From Candidatus Omnitrophota bacterium (lineage in GTDB: Bacteria > Omnitrophota > Gorgyraeia > Gygaellales > JAHJCI01): a stretch of 44,769 nucleotides of DNA. The notes under the pieces were generated by a model that saw only the letters and a list, made by a program, of their open reading frames with translations, was not told where the DNA came from and did no database searches. The position numbers and the translations under genes were made by a program. The stretch is taken from the NCBI GenBank assembly GCA_042570305.1, contig JBHPGP010000006.1, forward strand, positions 4,242 to 49,010. The letters run 5' to 3'. Below, piece by piece: positions 6,991-16,061 of this stretch (within the stretch, counting starts at the first letter, position 1; each line of letters starts with the position of its first letter).

Positions 6991-7395
6991 TTAGAATTGT
7001 GAAGAATGATAACTAAAATCGCGCACTTTACCATCTTGATCAAATTTTATAACAATAGTTAACGTTCTCTGAGAAGTAGACGCTGCTCCTGAAGTACCAC
7101 TGACAGCTCCAAGTATTAACCAAACGCCACCTTCACTGTTTGAATAAGACACGTCGGTAGCAATTTTATCATATACCCAGACTTCTCGCCTTTCTTCATC
7201 GGTTGACACAATATTGGGTGACCCCAATACTTCGATAACTTGAGCGGATGTCATTCCGATGCGAATTTCACGCTGAACCTTCCCTACTGTAACCCTATCA
7301 GCCGCATCTGATTTAACTGATTTTAGATGGGAGCTAGCAGTTGAGCAACCAGACACAAATAAAATACTTAAAAACAAACATAAAATCTTTGACAT
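6991..7395 (-). CDS. SmpA/OmlA (BamE-like) lipoprotein
   Basis: VSGC lipobox; IRIGMTSAQVIEVLGSP...WVY...FDQDGKV. Confidence 0.7.
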   Translation of the reverse strand: MSKILCLFLSILFVSGCSTASSHLKSVKSDAADRVTVGKVQREIRIGMTSAQVIEVLGSPNIVSTDEERREVWVYDKIATDVSYSNSEGGVWLILGAVSGTSGAASTSQRTLTIVIKFDQDGKVRDFSYHSSQF

Positions 7396-7560
7396 TAGTC
7401 CTCCTTTGAAAAAAATAGAGAGCCCCTATTTAGAAACTCTCTTGAAATTTAATAAATTGGCCTCATCCCTCCACCTCTTTGTGGTAACTCTATTATCCTA
7501 CTTGTTCACTCAAAGTAAACTATTATTTAAGGAATTTTTGTGTGGCTAAGGGATTTGTTT

Positions 7561-7738
7561 TAGCGGGGTTTTAGGGTTTTTGGTGAAGAGCACAATTAGA
7601 AACTTTTTGACAAAGGTTGGCAAGGAATTACAGCGAAATGAAGGTCGCTCTGCTCGAAAGTCGTGCTGTAATGAGCTGTAAACCGCAGCCAACGGCAAAA
7701 AGTTTCGTGCTCGAGGCAAAAAGCCTAAAATCTGACTA
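7561..7738. repeat. Family C long interrupted palindrome, copy 1
   Basis: TTTTAGG/CCTAAAA, GAGCAC/GTGCTC, AAACTTTTTG/CAAAAAGTTT, GTTGGC/GCCAAC, TTACAGC/GCTGTAA; second copy at 40876-41042. Confidence 0.85.
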
Positions 7739-7749
7739 GGGAAGCGATA

Positions 7750-10700
7750 TTACTTCTTCTTATGGTATTCCTGGAGGGATTTGACTTTGAGAGACTTCTT
7801 GGAGAGCGCCTCAATGGCATTTACCGTTGCCTCAGCCCCTGCAATCGTTGTTACCAGCGGGACATTGTAAAGGATGGCAGTGCTTCTGATAATCGTCTCA
7901 TCCTTCTTGGTAATCTTTCCCCTTGGCGTGTTGATAATCAGCTGAATCTGGCCGTTTTTAAGGATATCCACGATATGCGGCCTTTTCTCATGGAGCTTTG
8001 AGACTACCTTGACCTTGAGGTCATTCTGCTTTAAGGCATTGGCAGTGCCGCTGGTGGCAAAGAGCTTAAAGCCCATATCCGCCAGCTTCTTGCAAAGGAA
8101 AACTATCTTCCTCTTATCCTCATCCCTGACCGTAATCAGGATATTGCCTTTAAGGGGAATATTCTGCCCTGCTGCCAGCTGGCTCTTGGCAAATGCCATG
8201 CCAAATGTAGAATCAATGCCCATTACCTCACCGGTTGACTTCATCTCAGGGCCTAAAATCGCATCTACGCCGGGGAAGCGGACAAACGGGAAAACCGATT
8301 CCTTGACCGCCACATTATTGGTCTTAACCTCTTTGGTAATGCCCAATTCCTTTAAGCTCTTGCCCAGCATTACGCGGGTGGCAACCTTTGCCCAGGGGAT
8401 TCCGCTTGCCTTGGAAACAAAGGGAACTGTTCTGGAGGCGCGCGGGTTTACCTCTAATATGTAAACCTTGCCGTGCCTGACTGCGTACTGGATATTCAAC
8501 AGCCCCTTGACATTCAGCTCCCTTGCCAGGGCATGGGTATTTTCTCTTATCTTTTTGATAATTGACTCCTGCAGGCTGTGGGGCGGAAGCACCATTGCGC
8601 TGTCGCCTGAGTGAATGCCTGCTTCTTCTATATGCTCCAAAATCCCGGCAATCACGCAATTCTTACCGTCGGAAACCGCATCCACATCCACCTCAATTGC
8701 GTCTTCCAGGAACTTATCCACCAATATTGGCCGCTCAGGGGATGCCTCAATTGCCTTTTGCATAAAATTGCTTAATTCCTCGTTATCATAGACAATCTCC
8801 ATTGCCCTGCCGCCTAAAACAAAGGAAGGCCTGACTACCACAGGAAAACCAATCTCATTGGCGATTTTCCTTGCCTGCTCAAATGAGGTGGCAATCCCGC
8901 TGTCTGCCTGGACCAGCTTTAATTTCTGAAGCATTGACCTGAAGCGCTTCCTGTCCTCTGCCCGGTCAATGGAATCAGGGCTGGTGCCTAATATCTTTAC
9001 CCCTGCCTTGTGCAGCGCTGTTGAGATATTCAAGGGAGTCTGACCGCCAAACTGCACAATGATGCCCATCGGCTTTTCCACGTCAATGATATTTAATACA
9101 TCCTCGACTGTGAGCGGCTCAAAATAGAGCTTGTCCGAGGTGTCATAGTCTGTGGAAACCGTCTCCGGGTTACAGTTTACCATAATGCTCTCAATGCCCT
9201 CTTCCTTTAACACGTAGGAGGCCTGGCAGCAGCAGTAATCAAACTCAATGCCCTGGCCGATGCGGTTTGGGCCGCCGCCTAAGATCAGCACCTTTTTCCT
9301 GGAGCTCGGCTTAGACTCACTGGCTGACTCATAAGTGGAATAATAATAGGGCTGCTTGGCTGTAAATTCTCCGGCGCAGGTATCCACTAATTTATATGCC
9401 GGTTTGACCTTTTTCTTTTTTCTGTAAGCGCGCATCTTCTCCTCCGTGGTGTTCGAAAGATAGGCTAACTGAATATCCGAGAAGCCGTCCTGCTTGGCTT
9501 TTAAAAGCAAGGAAGCCGGAATCCTGGGCGCCTGGTTTTTCTTGGGATTCCTAAACCTGGCAATCCCCTTCTCCTCCTCTACCAGCTGCTGCATATTATC
9601 CAGGAACCAGCGGTCTATCCTGGAAAGCTCATAAATTTCGTCGATTGACATCCCTGCCTTGAGCGCATAGCGGATAAAAAACAATCTTTTATCATTGGGT
9701 ATCTTGATTTTCTGTTTGACCAGCTCTAAATCATGCTGCTGCTCTTTCGGGACATCCCTGCCGTCTGCGCCAAAACCAAAGCGGGAGATTTCCGTCGAGC
9801 GGATTCCTTTCTGAAACGCCTCGCGGAAATTCCTGCCGATTGACATTGCCTCTCCCACTGCCTTCATCGAGGTATTCAACACCACTTCTGCCTCGGGGAA
9901 TTTCTCGAAAGTGAACCTGCAGATCTTGAATACGCAGTAATCAACTGTCGGCTCAAAGAAAGAAGTGGTTTTGCCGGTAATCTGGTTCATCACTTCAGGC
10001 AAGGTATAGCCTACGGCTAATTTTGTCGCGACCCTGGCAATGGGAAATCCGGTTGCCTTGGAAGCCAGAGCGGAGCTGCGCGACAGCCTGGGATTAACCT
10101 CGATAATTACGATATGCCCGTTATTTGGATTTTGGGCAAACTGGATATTTGCCCCTCCGCCGTTCACATCCACCTTGCGGATAATCTTCTTGGATTTGTT
10201 CACGAAATCCGTATATTCCTCGGCAGTCAGGCTCTGCGCCGGAGCGACCACAATGCTGTCTCCGGTATGCACGCCCATCGGGTCAACGTTCTCCATTGAG
10301 GTAATCATAATCACGTTGTCAGCACAGTCGCGCATTACCTCAAACTCGATTTCCTTCCAGCCCAATACTGACTGCTCAACCAGCACCTGTCCTACAGGGC
10401 TGATCTCGATTGCCTTGGAAAGATACGTCTCAAGCTCCTCCTGATTATATGCGGTTGCTCCACCCGCACCTCCTAAACAAAAAGCCGGCCTTAGGATTAA
10501 AGGAAAACCTATGCCCAGGCCTATCTTCATGCCCTGCTCTACGGAAGTGGCAATCCCGCTTTTGGGAACATCAACGCCTATTTCCTGCATTGCCTTTTTA
10601 AATAATAACCTGTCCTCTGCCCGGGCAATTGCCTCGATATTCGCGCCGATTGCCTCGACCCCGTATTTCCTTAATATACCCTCCCTGCTCAAGAAGGTTG

Positions 10701-10995
10701 CCAGGTTCAGACCGGTCTGGCCTCCTAATGTAGGCAGCACTGCATCCGGCCTTTCCTTTTGGATAATCCTGGTCAACACATCAACTGTCAAAGGCTCAAT
10801 ATAAGTCCTGTCCGCCATGCCAGGGTCAGTCATAATCGTTGCCGGGTTTGAATTCACCAGGACCGTATGATACCCTTCTTCCCTTAATGCCTTGCAGGCC
10901 TGGGAACCGGAGTAATCGAATTCGCAGGCTTGCCCTATCACAATCGGGCCAGAGCCAATCATTAAAACCTTGTGGATATCCTTGCGTTTAGGCAT
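7750..10995 (-). CDS. carB: Carbamoyl-phosphate synthase large subunit
   Basis: [24 protein letters not shown], two ATP-grasp halves (EVNPR twice), C-terminal MGS domain; ATG at 10995. Confidence 0.97.
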   Translation of the reverse strand: MPKRKDIHKVLMIGSGPIVIGQACEFDYSGSQACKALREEGYHTVLVNSNPATIMTDPGMADRTYIEPLTVDVLTRIIQKERPDAVLPTLGGQTGLNLATFLSREGILRKYGVEAIGANIEAIARAEDRLLFKKAMQEIGVDVPKSGIATSVEQGMKIGLGIGFPLILRPAFCLGGAGGATAYNQEELETYLSKAIEISPVGQVLVEQSVLGWKEIEFEVMRDCADNVIMITSMENVDPMGVHTGDSIVVAPAQSLTAEEYTDFVNKSKKIIRKVDVNGGGANIQFAQNPNNGHIVIIEVNPRLSRSSALASKATGFPIARVATKLAVGYTLPEVMNQITGKTTSFFEPTVDYCVFKICRFTFEKFPEAEVVLNTSMKAVGEAMSIGRNFREAFQKGIRSTEISRFGFGADGRDVPKEQQHDLELVKQKIKIPNDKRLFFIRYALKAGMSIDEIYELSRIDRWFLDNMQQLVEEEKGIARFRNPKKNQAPRIPASLLLKAKQDGFSDIQLAYLSNTTEEKMRAYRKKKKVKPAYKLVDTCAGEFTAKQPYYYSTYESASESKPSSRKKVLILGGGPNRIGQGIEFDYCCCQASYVLKEEGIESIMVNCNPETVSTDYDTSDKLYFEPLTVEDVLNIIDVEKPMGIIVQFGGQTPLNISTALHKAGVKILGTSPDSIDRAEDRKRFRSMLQKLKLVQADSGIATSFEQARKIANEIGFPVVVRPSFVLGGRAMEIVYDNEELSNFMQKAIEASPERPILVDKFLEDAIEVDVDAVSDGKNCVIAGILEHIEEAGIHSGDSAMVLPPHSLQESIIKKIRENTHALARELNVKGLLNIQYAVRHGKVYILEVNPRASRTVPFVSKASGIPWAKVATRVMLGKSLKELGITKEVKTNNVAVKESVFPFVRFPGVDAILGPEMKSTGEVMGIDSTFGMAFAKSQLAAGQNIPLKGNILITVRDEDKRKIVFLCKKLADMGFKLFATSGTANALKQNDLKVKVVSKLHEKRPHIVDILKNGQIQLIINTPRGKITKKDETIIRSTAILYNVPLVTTIAGAEATVNAIEALSKKSLKVKSLQEYHKKK

Positions 10996-12043
10996 TGACA
11001 AACTCCTTTAAAATCGGATTTACCTCGCCGCTTCCCGGAGAAACCAGCAAAAACTGGCAGCCGAATGCTTTTAGTTTCCTGTTCTCGATTCCCTCTATTG
11101 TTTTATCATTCAGGTTCTGCCAGGTAATCTTGATGTTCCTGCCCTTCAGGCTCGCCTGGTCAATGATAAACCTGTGGTTTTGCACGGTAATCTCTCCCTT
11201 TAGGCATCCGGGCTTAACCACCGGATAATTTACCCCCCGGTGGCCTAAATACATCTTTTTTAACCTCCCGCCCATTGCCATTGCCAGAACCTGACAGCCT
11301 GTGCCTATTCCCAATACCGGCACTTTACCTAAAAGCTCTTTCACTCTCCCTGCAGCAATTCCTAATCCCTTTTCCATCTCGGGGCCGTCAGAGACAATTA
11401 CCCCTTTGGCAGCAAGCGCTAAAATATCATCGGCATTTGCCTGATAAGGTATCAGGCTCACGCGGCAACCCAGCATTTCCAGCTGCCTGAGCAGTCCGTT
11501 GGTAACCCCCAGGTCGACAACGGCAATGTGCCTGCCGCGGCCTGAGGACTTCTTGATTCTTTTTACTGAAACCCGATTCAGGAAATCTTGTTTTTTCTGC
11601 TTTGCCTTTTTTATCTTTGCTCTTAGGCTGCGCGGATTAAAATCGCGCGTTGAGATTATCCCCCACTGTTCTCCTTTATTACGTAATTCCACCATCAGGG
11701 TCCTGGTATCAACCTGCTCTAAGGCAAGCACTTTTTCCTTCTTAAGGAAACTCACAAAATCCTGTTCTGCCTGCCAGTTGCTGGTGAGGCGGGTTTTTTC
11801 TTTAATCACTATTCCGCTCGCCCAGCATTGCCTGGACTCCTGGAATTTCCGGGCTACTCCGTAATTGCCGATTAAGGGATAAGTCATTACCACAATCTTG
11901 CCGGCATTGACTGGCGAGGTGATTAATTCCTGATAGCCCACCACGCCGGTATAAAAGCTTACCTCACCTGTTTTTTCTCCTGCTATTCCGCAGGAAATTC
12001 CCTGATATAGCGAGCCGTTTTCCAAAGCCAGTATTGCTTTCAT
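10988..12043 (-). CDS. carA: Carbamoyl-phosphate synthase small subunit, glutaminase triad degenerate
   Basis: GYQE...[24 protein letters not shown] present; canonical GICLGHQ is GIGTGCQ and QYHPE is QFLLV; ATGA overlap with purF. Confidence 0.9.
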   Translation of the reverse strand: MKAILALENGSLYQGISCGIAGEKTGEVSFYTGVVGYQELITSPVNAGKIVVMTYPLIGNYGVARKFQESRQCWASGIVIKEKTRLTSNWQAEQDFVSFLKKEKVLALEQVDTRTLMVELRNKGEQWGIISTRDFNPRSLRAKIKKAKQKKQDFLNRVSVKRIKKSSGRGRHIAVVDLGVTNGLLRQLEMLGCRVSLIPYQANADDILALAAKGVIVSDGPEMEKGLGIAAGRVKELLGKVPVLGIGTGCQVLAMAMGGRLKKMYLGHRGVNYPVVKPGCLKGEITVQNHRFIIDQASLKGRNIKITWQNLNDKTIEGIENRKLKAFGCQFLLVSPGSGEVNPILKEFVNA

Positions 12044-13425
12044 TTGTCCTCTCCGCAGGCAGAAACCCCGTCCCAGCACCTCAAGCAAAGCTTACTTTTA
12101 GGTATGCCGATTGCCTCCACAAAATCATCCAAACTGTTATACTTTACTGAGTCGGCCCCAATCTGCTCTCCCACCTTTGCCTCTACCATCTTTAATTTCT
12201 CCGGGGAATCTATTTCCCCCTTCCTGATATAAGAGCGCGCTGCCAGTTCCTCGTATGTCCTGGTTGAGATTCCGTAAATACAGGGGTGCATCAGCGGAGG
12301 GCAAGCCACGCGCACATGCACCTCTTTTGCTCCTGCCTTTTTCAGGTCGCGCACTTTATTGCGGATCTGCGTGCCGCGCACAATGGAATCATCACAGAGG
12401 ATAATCCTCTTGCCCTGCACTGCCTCCCGGATGACGGAAAGCTTTTTCTTTGCCATCCTGTCCCTGGCCTCCTGTGTTGCCATTGTATAGCTGCGGTCAG
12501 CATAGCGGTTATACAAAAATACGTCCTGGTATTGAATCTTTGAGCGCTTATGATACCCAAGCGCATGGCCGATGCCTGACATGGGAACCGGGGAAACGCA
12601 ATCTGCCTGGATTCCGCCCTCTTTTTCATCGCGCTCTGCCAGCTTCTCGCCCAGGTTATTCCTTGCCTCCTTAACATAAACACCGTCGATCTTGGAATCA
12701 ATGCTGGCAATATAAGCCCACTCAAAAGCGCAATAGGCAATGCGCGGCGAGGGAAGCTGCTTTAAGGTGCTAAACCCCTGCTTGTTAATCAGCAGGATTT
12801 CTCCGGGTTTAACGTCCCGCTCTATCTCCATGCCTAAGTTCTCCAAAGCCCTTGATTCGCTGGCTGCCACGAATTTTCCCCTGTCCGTGCCTAAAATCAA
12901 AGGGCGAAAGCCAGAAGGGTCGCGCGCCACATAAATGCCGTCCTTGTTTAAAATCAGCAGTGAAAATGAGCCCTTGATTTTCTCGCTCATCCTGGTAATC
13001 CCCTGCACAATATCCTTTTCTTCGCCAACCAGCTTCAGTAGCAGCTCAATATAGCTATTGGTAGAGAATGAATGCCCGCCTCTTTTGAATTCCCCAAACA
13101 GCTCATCCGCATTAATGATATTGCCGCTAAAGCAGCCTACAAAGCTACCGAGGTCACTATTCAGCCATAAAGGCTGCCGGTCGCGTAAACTCACATGGCC
13201 GATTCCTGAATTGCCCTTAAGCGAATTAAGCTCTGCCTCGGTAAACCTTGCCCCTACCCTGCCCCGGTGGGTAATCAGGTTAATCTCGTCATTACTAAAC
13301 GTAGCAATCCCGCAGTATTCCTGTCCGCGGTGCTGCAGGAAATCAATCCCCAGGTATATATCGCTTACGCAATCCTCTCTTGAATAGATCCCGAATACTC
13401 CGCAATTATCCTTTATCTCTTTCAT
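12040..13425 (-). CDS. purF: Amidophosphoribosyltransferase-like protein with degenerate Gln-binding site
   Basis: CGVFG, QHRGQE, DDSIVRGT PRPP motif and Fe-S cysteines kept; GHVRYST loop, HNG and SDTE altered. Confidence 0.9.
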   Translation of the reverse strand: MKEIKDNCGVFGIYSREDCVSDIYLGIDFLQHRGQEYCGIATFSNDEINLITHRGRVGARFTEAELNSLKGNSGIGHVSLRDRQPLWLNSDLGSFVGCFSGNIINADELFGEFKRGGHSFSTNSYIELLLKLVGEEKDIVQGITRMSEKIKGSFSLLILNKDGIYVARDPSGFRPLILGTDRGKFVAASESRALENLGMEIERDVKPGEILLINKQGFSTLKQLPSPRIAYCAFEWAYIASIDSKIDGVYVKEARNNLGEKLAERDEKEGGIQADCVSPVPMSGIGHALGYHKRSKIQYQDVFLYNRYADRSYTMATQEARDRMAKKKLSVIREAVQGKRIILCDDSIVRGTQIRNKVRDLKKAGAKEVHVRVACPPLMHPCIYGISTRTYEELAARSYIRKGEIDSPEKLKMVEAKVGEQIGADSVKYNSLDDFVEAIGIPKSKLCLRCWDGVSACGEDK

Positions 13426-13456
13426 CTGCGCATCTCCTGAATCCTAAATCCAAAGT

Positions 13457-14395
13457 TTATATATACTCTATCGTACTTGGCGGCTTGGGGGTAATGTCAA
13501 AAAGCACCTTTACCACCCCGGGAATCTCCTTAATCATCCTGTCCCTGATTCTTTCCAGTATCTGCCAGGGCACCTTGGTTACGGATGCGGTCATGGCATC
13601 CTTGCTCTCTACTGACCTGATGACAATGATGTTGCCGAAAATACGCTTTTTGTTTCTCATGCCTGTGGCTTTATCCTTCAACAAAACCGCTAATGCCTGG
13701 AACGGCTTTAATTTTTCTATCTCCTCTTCAACTATGGTCGTAGCCCGCCTTAAAATCTTCACCCTCTCAGGAGTAACTTCTCCGATTACCCTTGTTGCCA
13801 GGCCCGGGCCGGGAAAGGGCATCTGCTTATAGACGCGAGGGGAGAAACCCATCTCTTTGGCTACCTCTCTTACCTGATATTTGAATAGTTCTCGCAGCGG
13901 CTCTACTACCCTGAAGCCGAATTGTTTTTTCGGGTCAATGCCGATCTGGCCTAAGATATTATGCTGGGTTTTAATCCCGGCCTTGGTCTCGATAATATCC
14001 GCGGCAATTGTTCCCTGGATCAATGACTCTGCTTTATTCCTGCGCACTGCCCTGCCCAAAGTCTGGTAAAACTCCTGGCGGAATGCCTTGCGTTTTTTCT
14101 CCGGGTCTTCCTTGCCCTTAAGCGCTTTAAAGAATTCGCTTTTGGCATTCAGGGTATTTAACTTGATGCCCAGAGACTTAAGCTCTCTCCTGGCTTTAGA
14201 CTCATCGCTTTCCCTCATTAACCCGTCGTCAATAAAAAGAATGAATGCCCGGTTACCCAGTGCCTTGTGCGCTAATGCAGCGCAGGTCATGCTGTCTACG
14301 CCTCCGGAGGTAGCCACCAGCGTCCTTCTCGCGCCTACCTCTTTTTTAATCTCTGCCAGCTTCTTCCTGATAAACTCTTTTGTCTTTAACTTCAT
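13457..14395 (-). CDS. guaA: GMP synthase ATP-pyrophosphatase subunit only (no GATase domain)
   Basis: SGGVDS PP-loop, DPEKKRK, QGTI, IKTQHN, PFPGPGLA, DITPKPPSTIE; ATG 14395 after GGAGGAG. Confidence 0.92.
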   Translation of the reverse strand: MKLKTKEFIRKKLAEIKKEVGARRTLVATSGGVDSMTCAALAHKALGNRAFILFIDDGLMRESDESKARRELKSLGIKLNTLNAKSEFFKALKGKEDPEKKRKAFRQEFYQTLGRAVRRNKAESLIQGTIAADIIETKAGIKTQHNILGQIGIDPKKQFGFRVVEPLRELFKYQVREVAKEMGFSPRVYKQMPFPGPGLATRVIGEVTPERVKILRRATTIVEEEIEKLKPFQALAVLLKDKATGMRNKKRIFGNIIVIRSVESKDAMTASVTKVPWQILERIRDRMIKEIPGVVKVLFDITPKPPSTIEYI

Positions 14396-14405
14396 TACTC
14401 CTCCC

Positions 14406-14530
14406 AATGAGCAGATAATTTACGGAGCATCAGCGACGTAAATTATAGGCCGTAGGCCGTCTGCGAATTGTCCCGAAGCTTACGCAGTACTTTTCGAAGA
14501 AAAGTACAAGTGCTTAAGCAAGGGACAACT
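14406..14530. repeat. Family B folded element, copy 4 (diverged)
   Basis: AATGAGCAGATAA...GGGACAACT ends shared with copies 1-3; compensatory stem change and different inner hairpins. Confidence 0.85.
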
Positions 14531-14540
14531 TCATATATAA

Positions 14541-16061
14541 TTACCTTAAAAAATATCCGGGTGTAGTGGGGTTGGCATCAGTGGTCATACTAATGCCCAG
14601 CCTCCTTAAGCCTCCGTCATCGCCTTCCGAAGGCAGATGCGTAAGATGCATCTGGCACCCGTTTAATTTCCCCAATTCCTTCATCCCTGCCTCTGCTGCC
14701 GGATTTGCGGTAGCGCTGATGGAAAGCGCAATCAAGATCTCTTCTACATCCAGGCTTTCTGACTTCATTCCCAGCGTATCCTTTTTTAACGCACTGATAT
14801 TATTCACTACTGCCCGGGGAAGCAGGTCTATTTTATCCGGTATCTTTGCCATTACTTTGACTGCGTTTAAGACCGCAGCCGAAGCCGCATGCAGCAATCC
14901 GGAGCTCTTTCCGGTGACAATCTTGGCATTGCCAAGCTCTATGGCTGCGCCGCAGGATATTCCGTTATTGGACTTTGCCTTTTTCCCTGCCCTGGCTGCT
15001 GCCTTTCTCGCGGCAACCACACAGAGCCTGTTCTCTTCTTTTAACCCCAGCTCTTCCATCAGGGTTTTAGCGCGCTGCGCTGTTTCCTTTTTCTCCAAAC
15101 CCAGCATAAACTCCCTTTGATAGCGGAAATACCTGCGGATAATCTCTTGTTTCGCTGCCTCCTGCACAATCTTATCGTCAACGATTCCAAAGCCTGCCCG
15201 GTTTACCCCCATATCGGTCGGAGAGTTATACATCAGCATAGCCTTACCGCTTCCCACTATCCTCTCTAAGATCCTCTTTAATATAGGAAAGGCCTCTACG
15301 TCGCGGTTATAATTGATTGCCTCCTCTTTATATGTCTCCAGGTGAAACGGATCCACTAAATTAAAATCCCTTAAATCACAGGTAGCTGACTCATAAGCAA
15401 CATTCACCGGGTGCTTCAGGGGCAGATTCCAGATGGGAAATGTTTCGAATTTTGCATAGCCGGAATTAATCCCTTTTTTATGGTCGTGATAAACCTGGGA
15501 AAGACAGGTAGCCAATTTTCCGCTTCCGGGACCGGGGGCAGTAACAATCACAATCGGCTTTTTGCTTGTGATATACTGATTCTTGCCGAGGCCTTTTTCG
15601 CTGACGATATTGTCCACATCCGAGGGATAGCCCGGTATCTCCTGGTGTGTATATACGGCAATACCTTTACGCTCCAGCCTGTTCTTGAACCTTACTGCCT
15701 GCGACTCATTGTTAAAACGGGTAAGCACTACGCTGGAAACGTCCAATCCCCAGTCTTTGAGGTCATCTATCATAAACAAGGCAGCAGTATCATAGGTCAT
15801 CCCGAAATCACCGCGGAGCCTGCCCATTTCTACGTCTTTGGCATAAACACAAAATACAATCTCTATCTTATCCCCGAGCATTTTAAGCAGCCTTATTTTC
15901 GCCCGCGGGTCATAACCGGGTAAGACTCGGGCAGCGTGATAATCCAGGCAAAGCTTGCCCCCGAATTCAAGGTAGAGCTTATGGTCGAACTTCTTCACCC
16001 GCTCCAGGATGAAGCTTGCCTGCTCGGCTAAATACTTCTCGTTATCAAAGCCTTTTTTCAT
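14541..16061 (-). CDS. DUF1846 (UPF0371) family protein
   Basis: GFDNEKY, KLYLEFGGKL, TAPGPGSGKLATCLSQ, GYAKFETFPIWNLPLKHPVNVAYE, SPTDMGVN. Confidence 0.9.
   Translation of the reverse strand: MKKGFDNEKYLAEQASFILERVKKFDHKLYLEFGGKLCLDYHAARVLPGYDPRAKIRLLKMLGDKIEIVFCVYAKDVEMGRLRGDFGMTYDTAALFMIDDLKDWGLDVSSVVLTRFNNESQAVRFKNRLERKGIAVYTHQEIPGYPSDVDNIVSEKGLGKNQYITSKKPIVIVTAPGPGSGKLATCLSQVYHDHKKGINSGYAKFETFPIWNLPLKHPVNVAYESATCDLRDFNLVDPFHLETYKEEAINYNRDVEAFPILKRILERIVGSGKAMLMYNSPTDMGVNRAGFGIVDDKIVQEAAKQEIIRRYFRYQREFMLGLEKKETAQRAKTLMEELGLKEENRLCVVAARKAAARAGKKAKSNNGISCGAAIELGNAKIVTGKSSGLLHAASAAVLNAVKVMAKIPDKIDLLPRAVVNNISALKKDTLGMKSESLDVEEILIALSISATANPAAEAGMKELGKLNGCQMHLTHLPSEGDDGGLRRLGISMTTDANPTTPGYFLR

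Noticed and set aside
10988-13425. carA and purF as pseudogenes
   Set aside because: Frames are intact, full length and translationally coupled; the changes are concentrated in glutaminase residues
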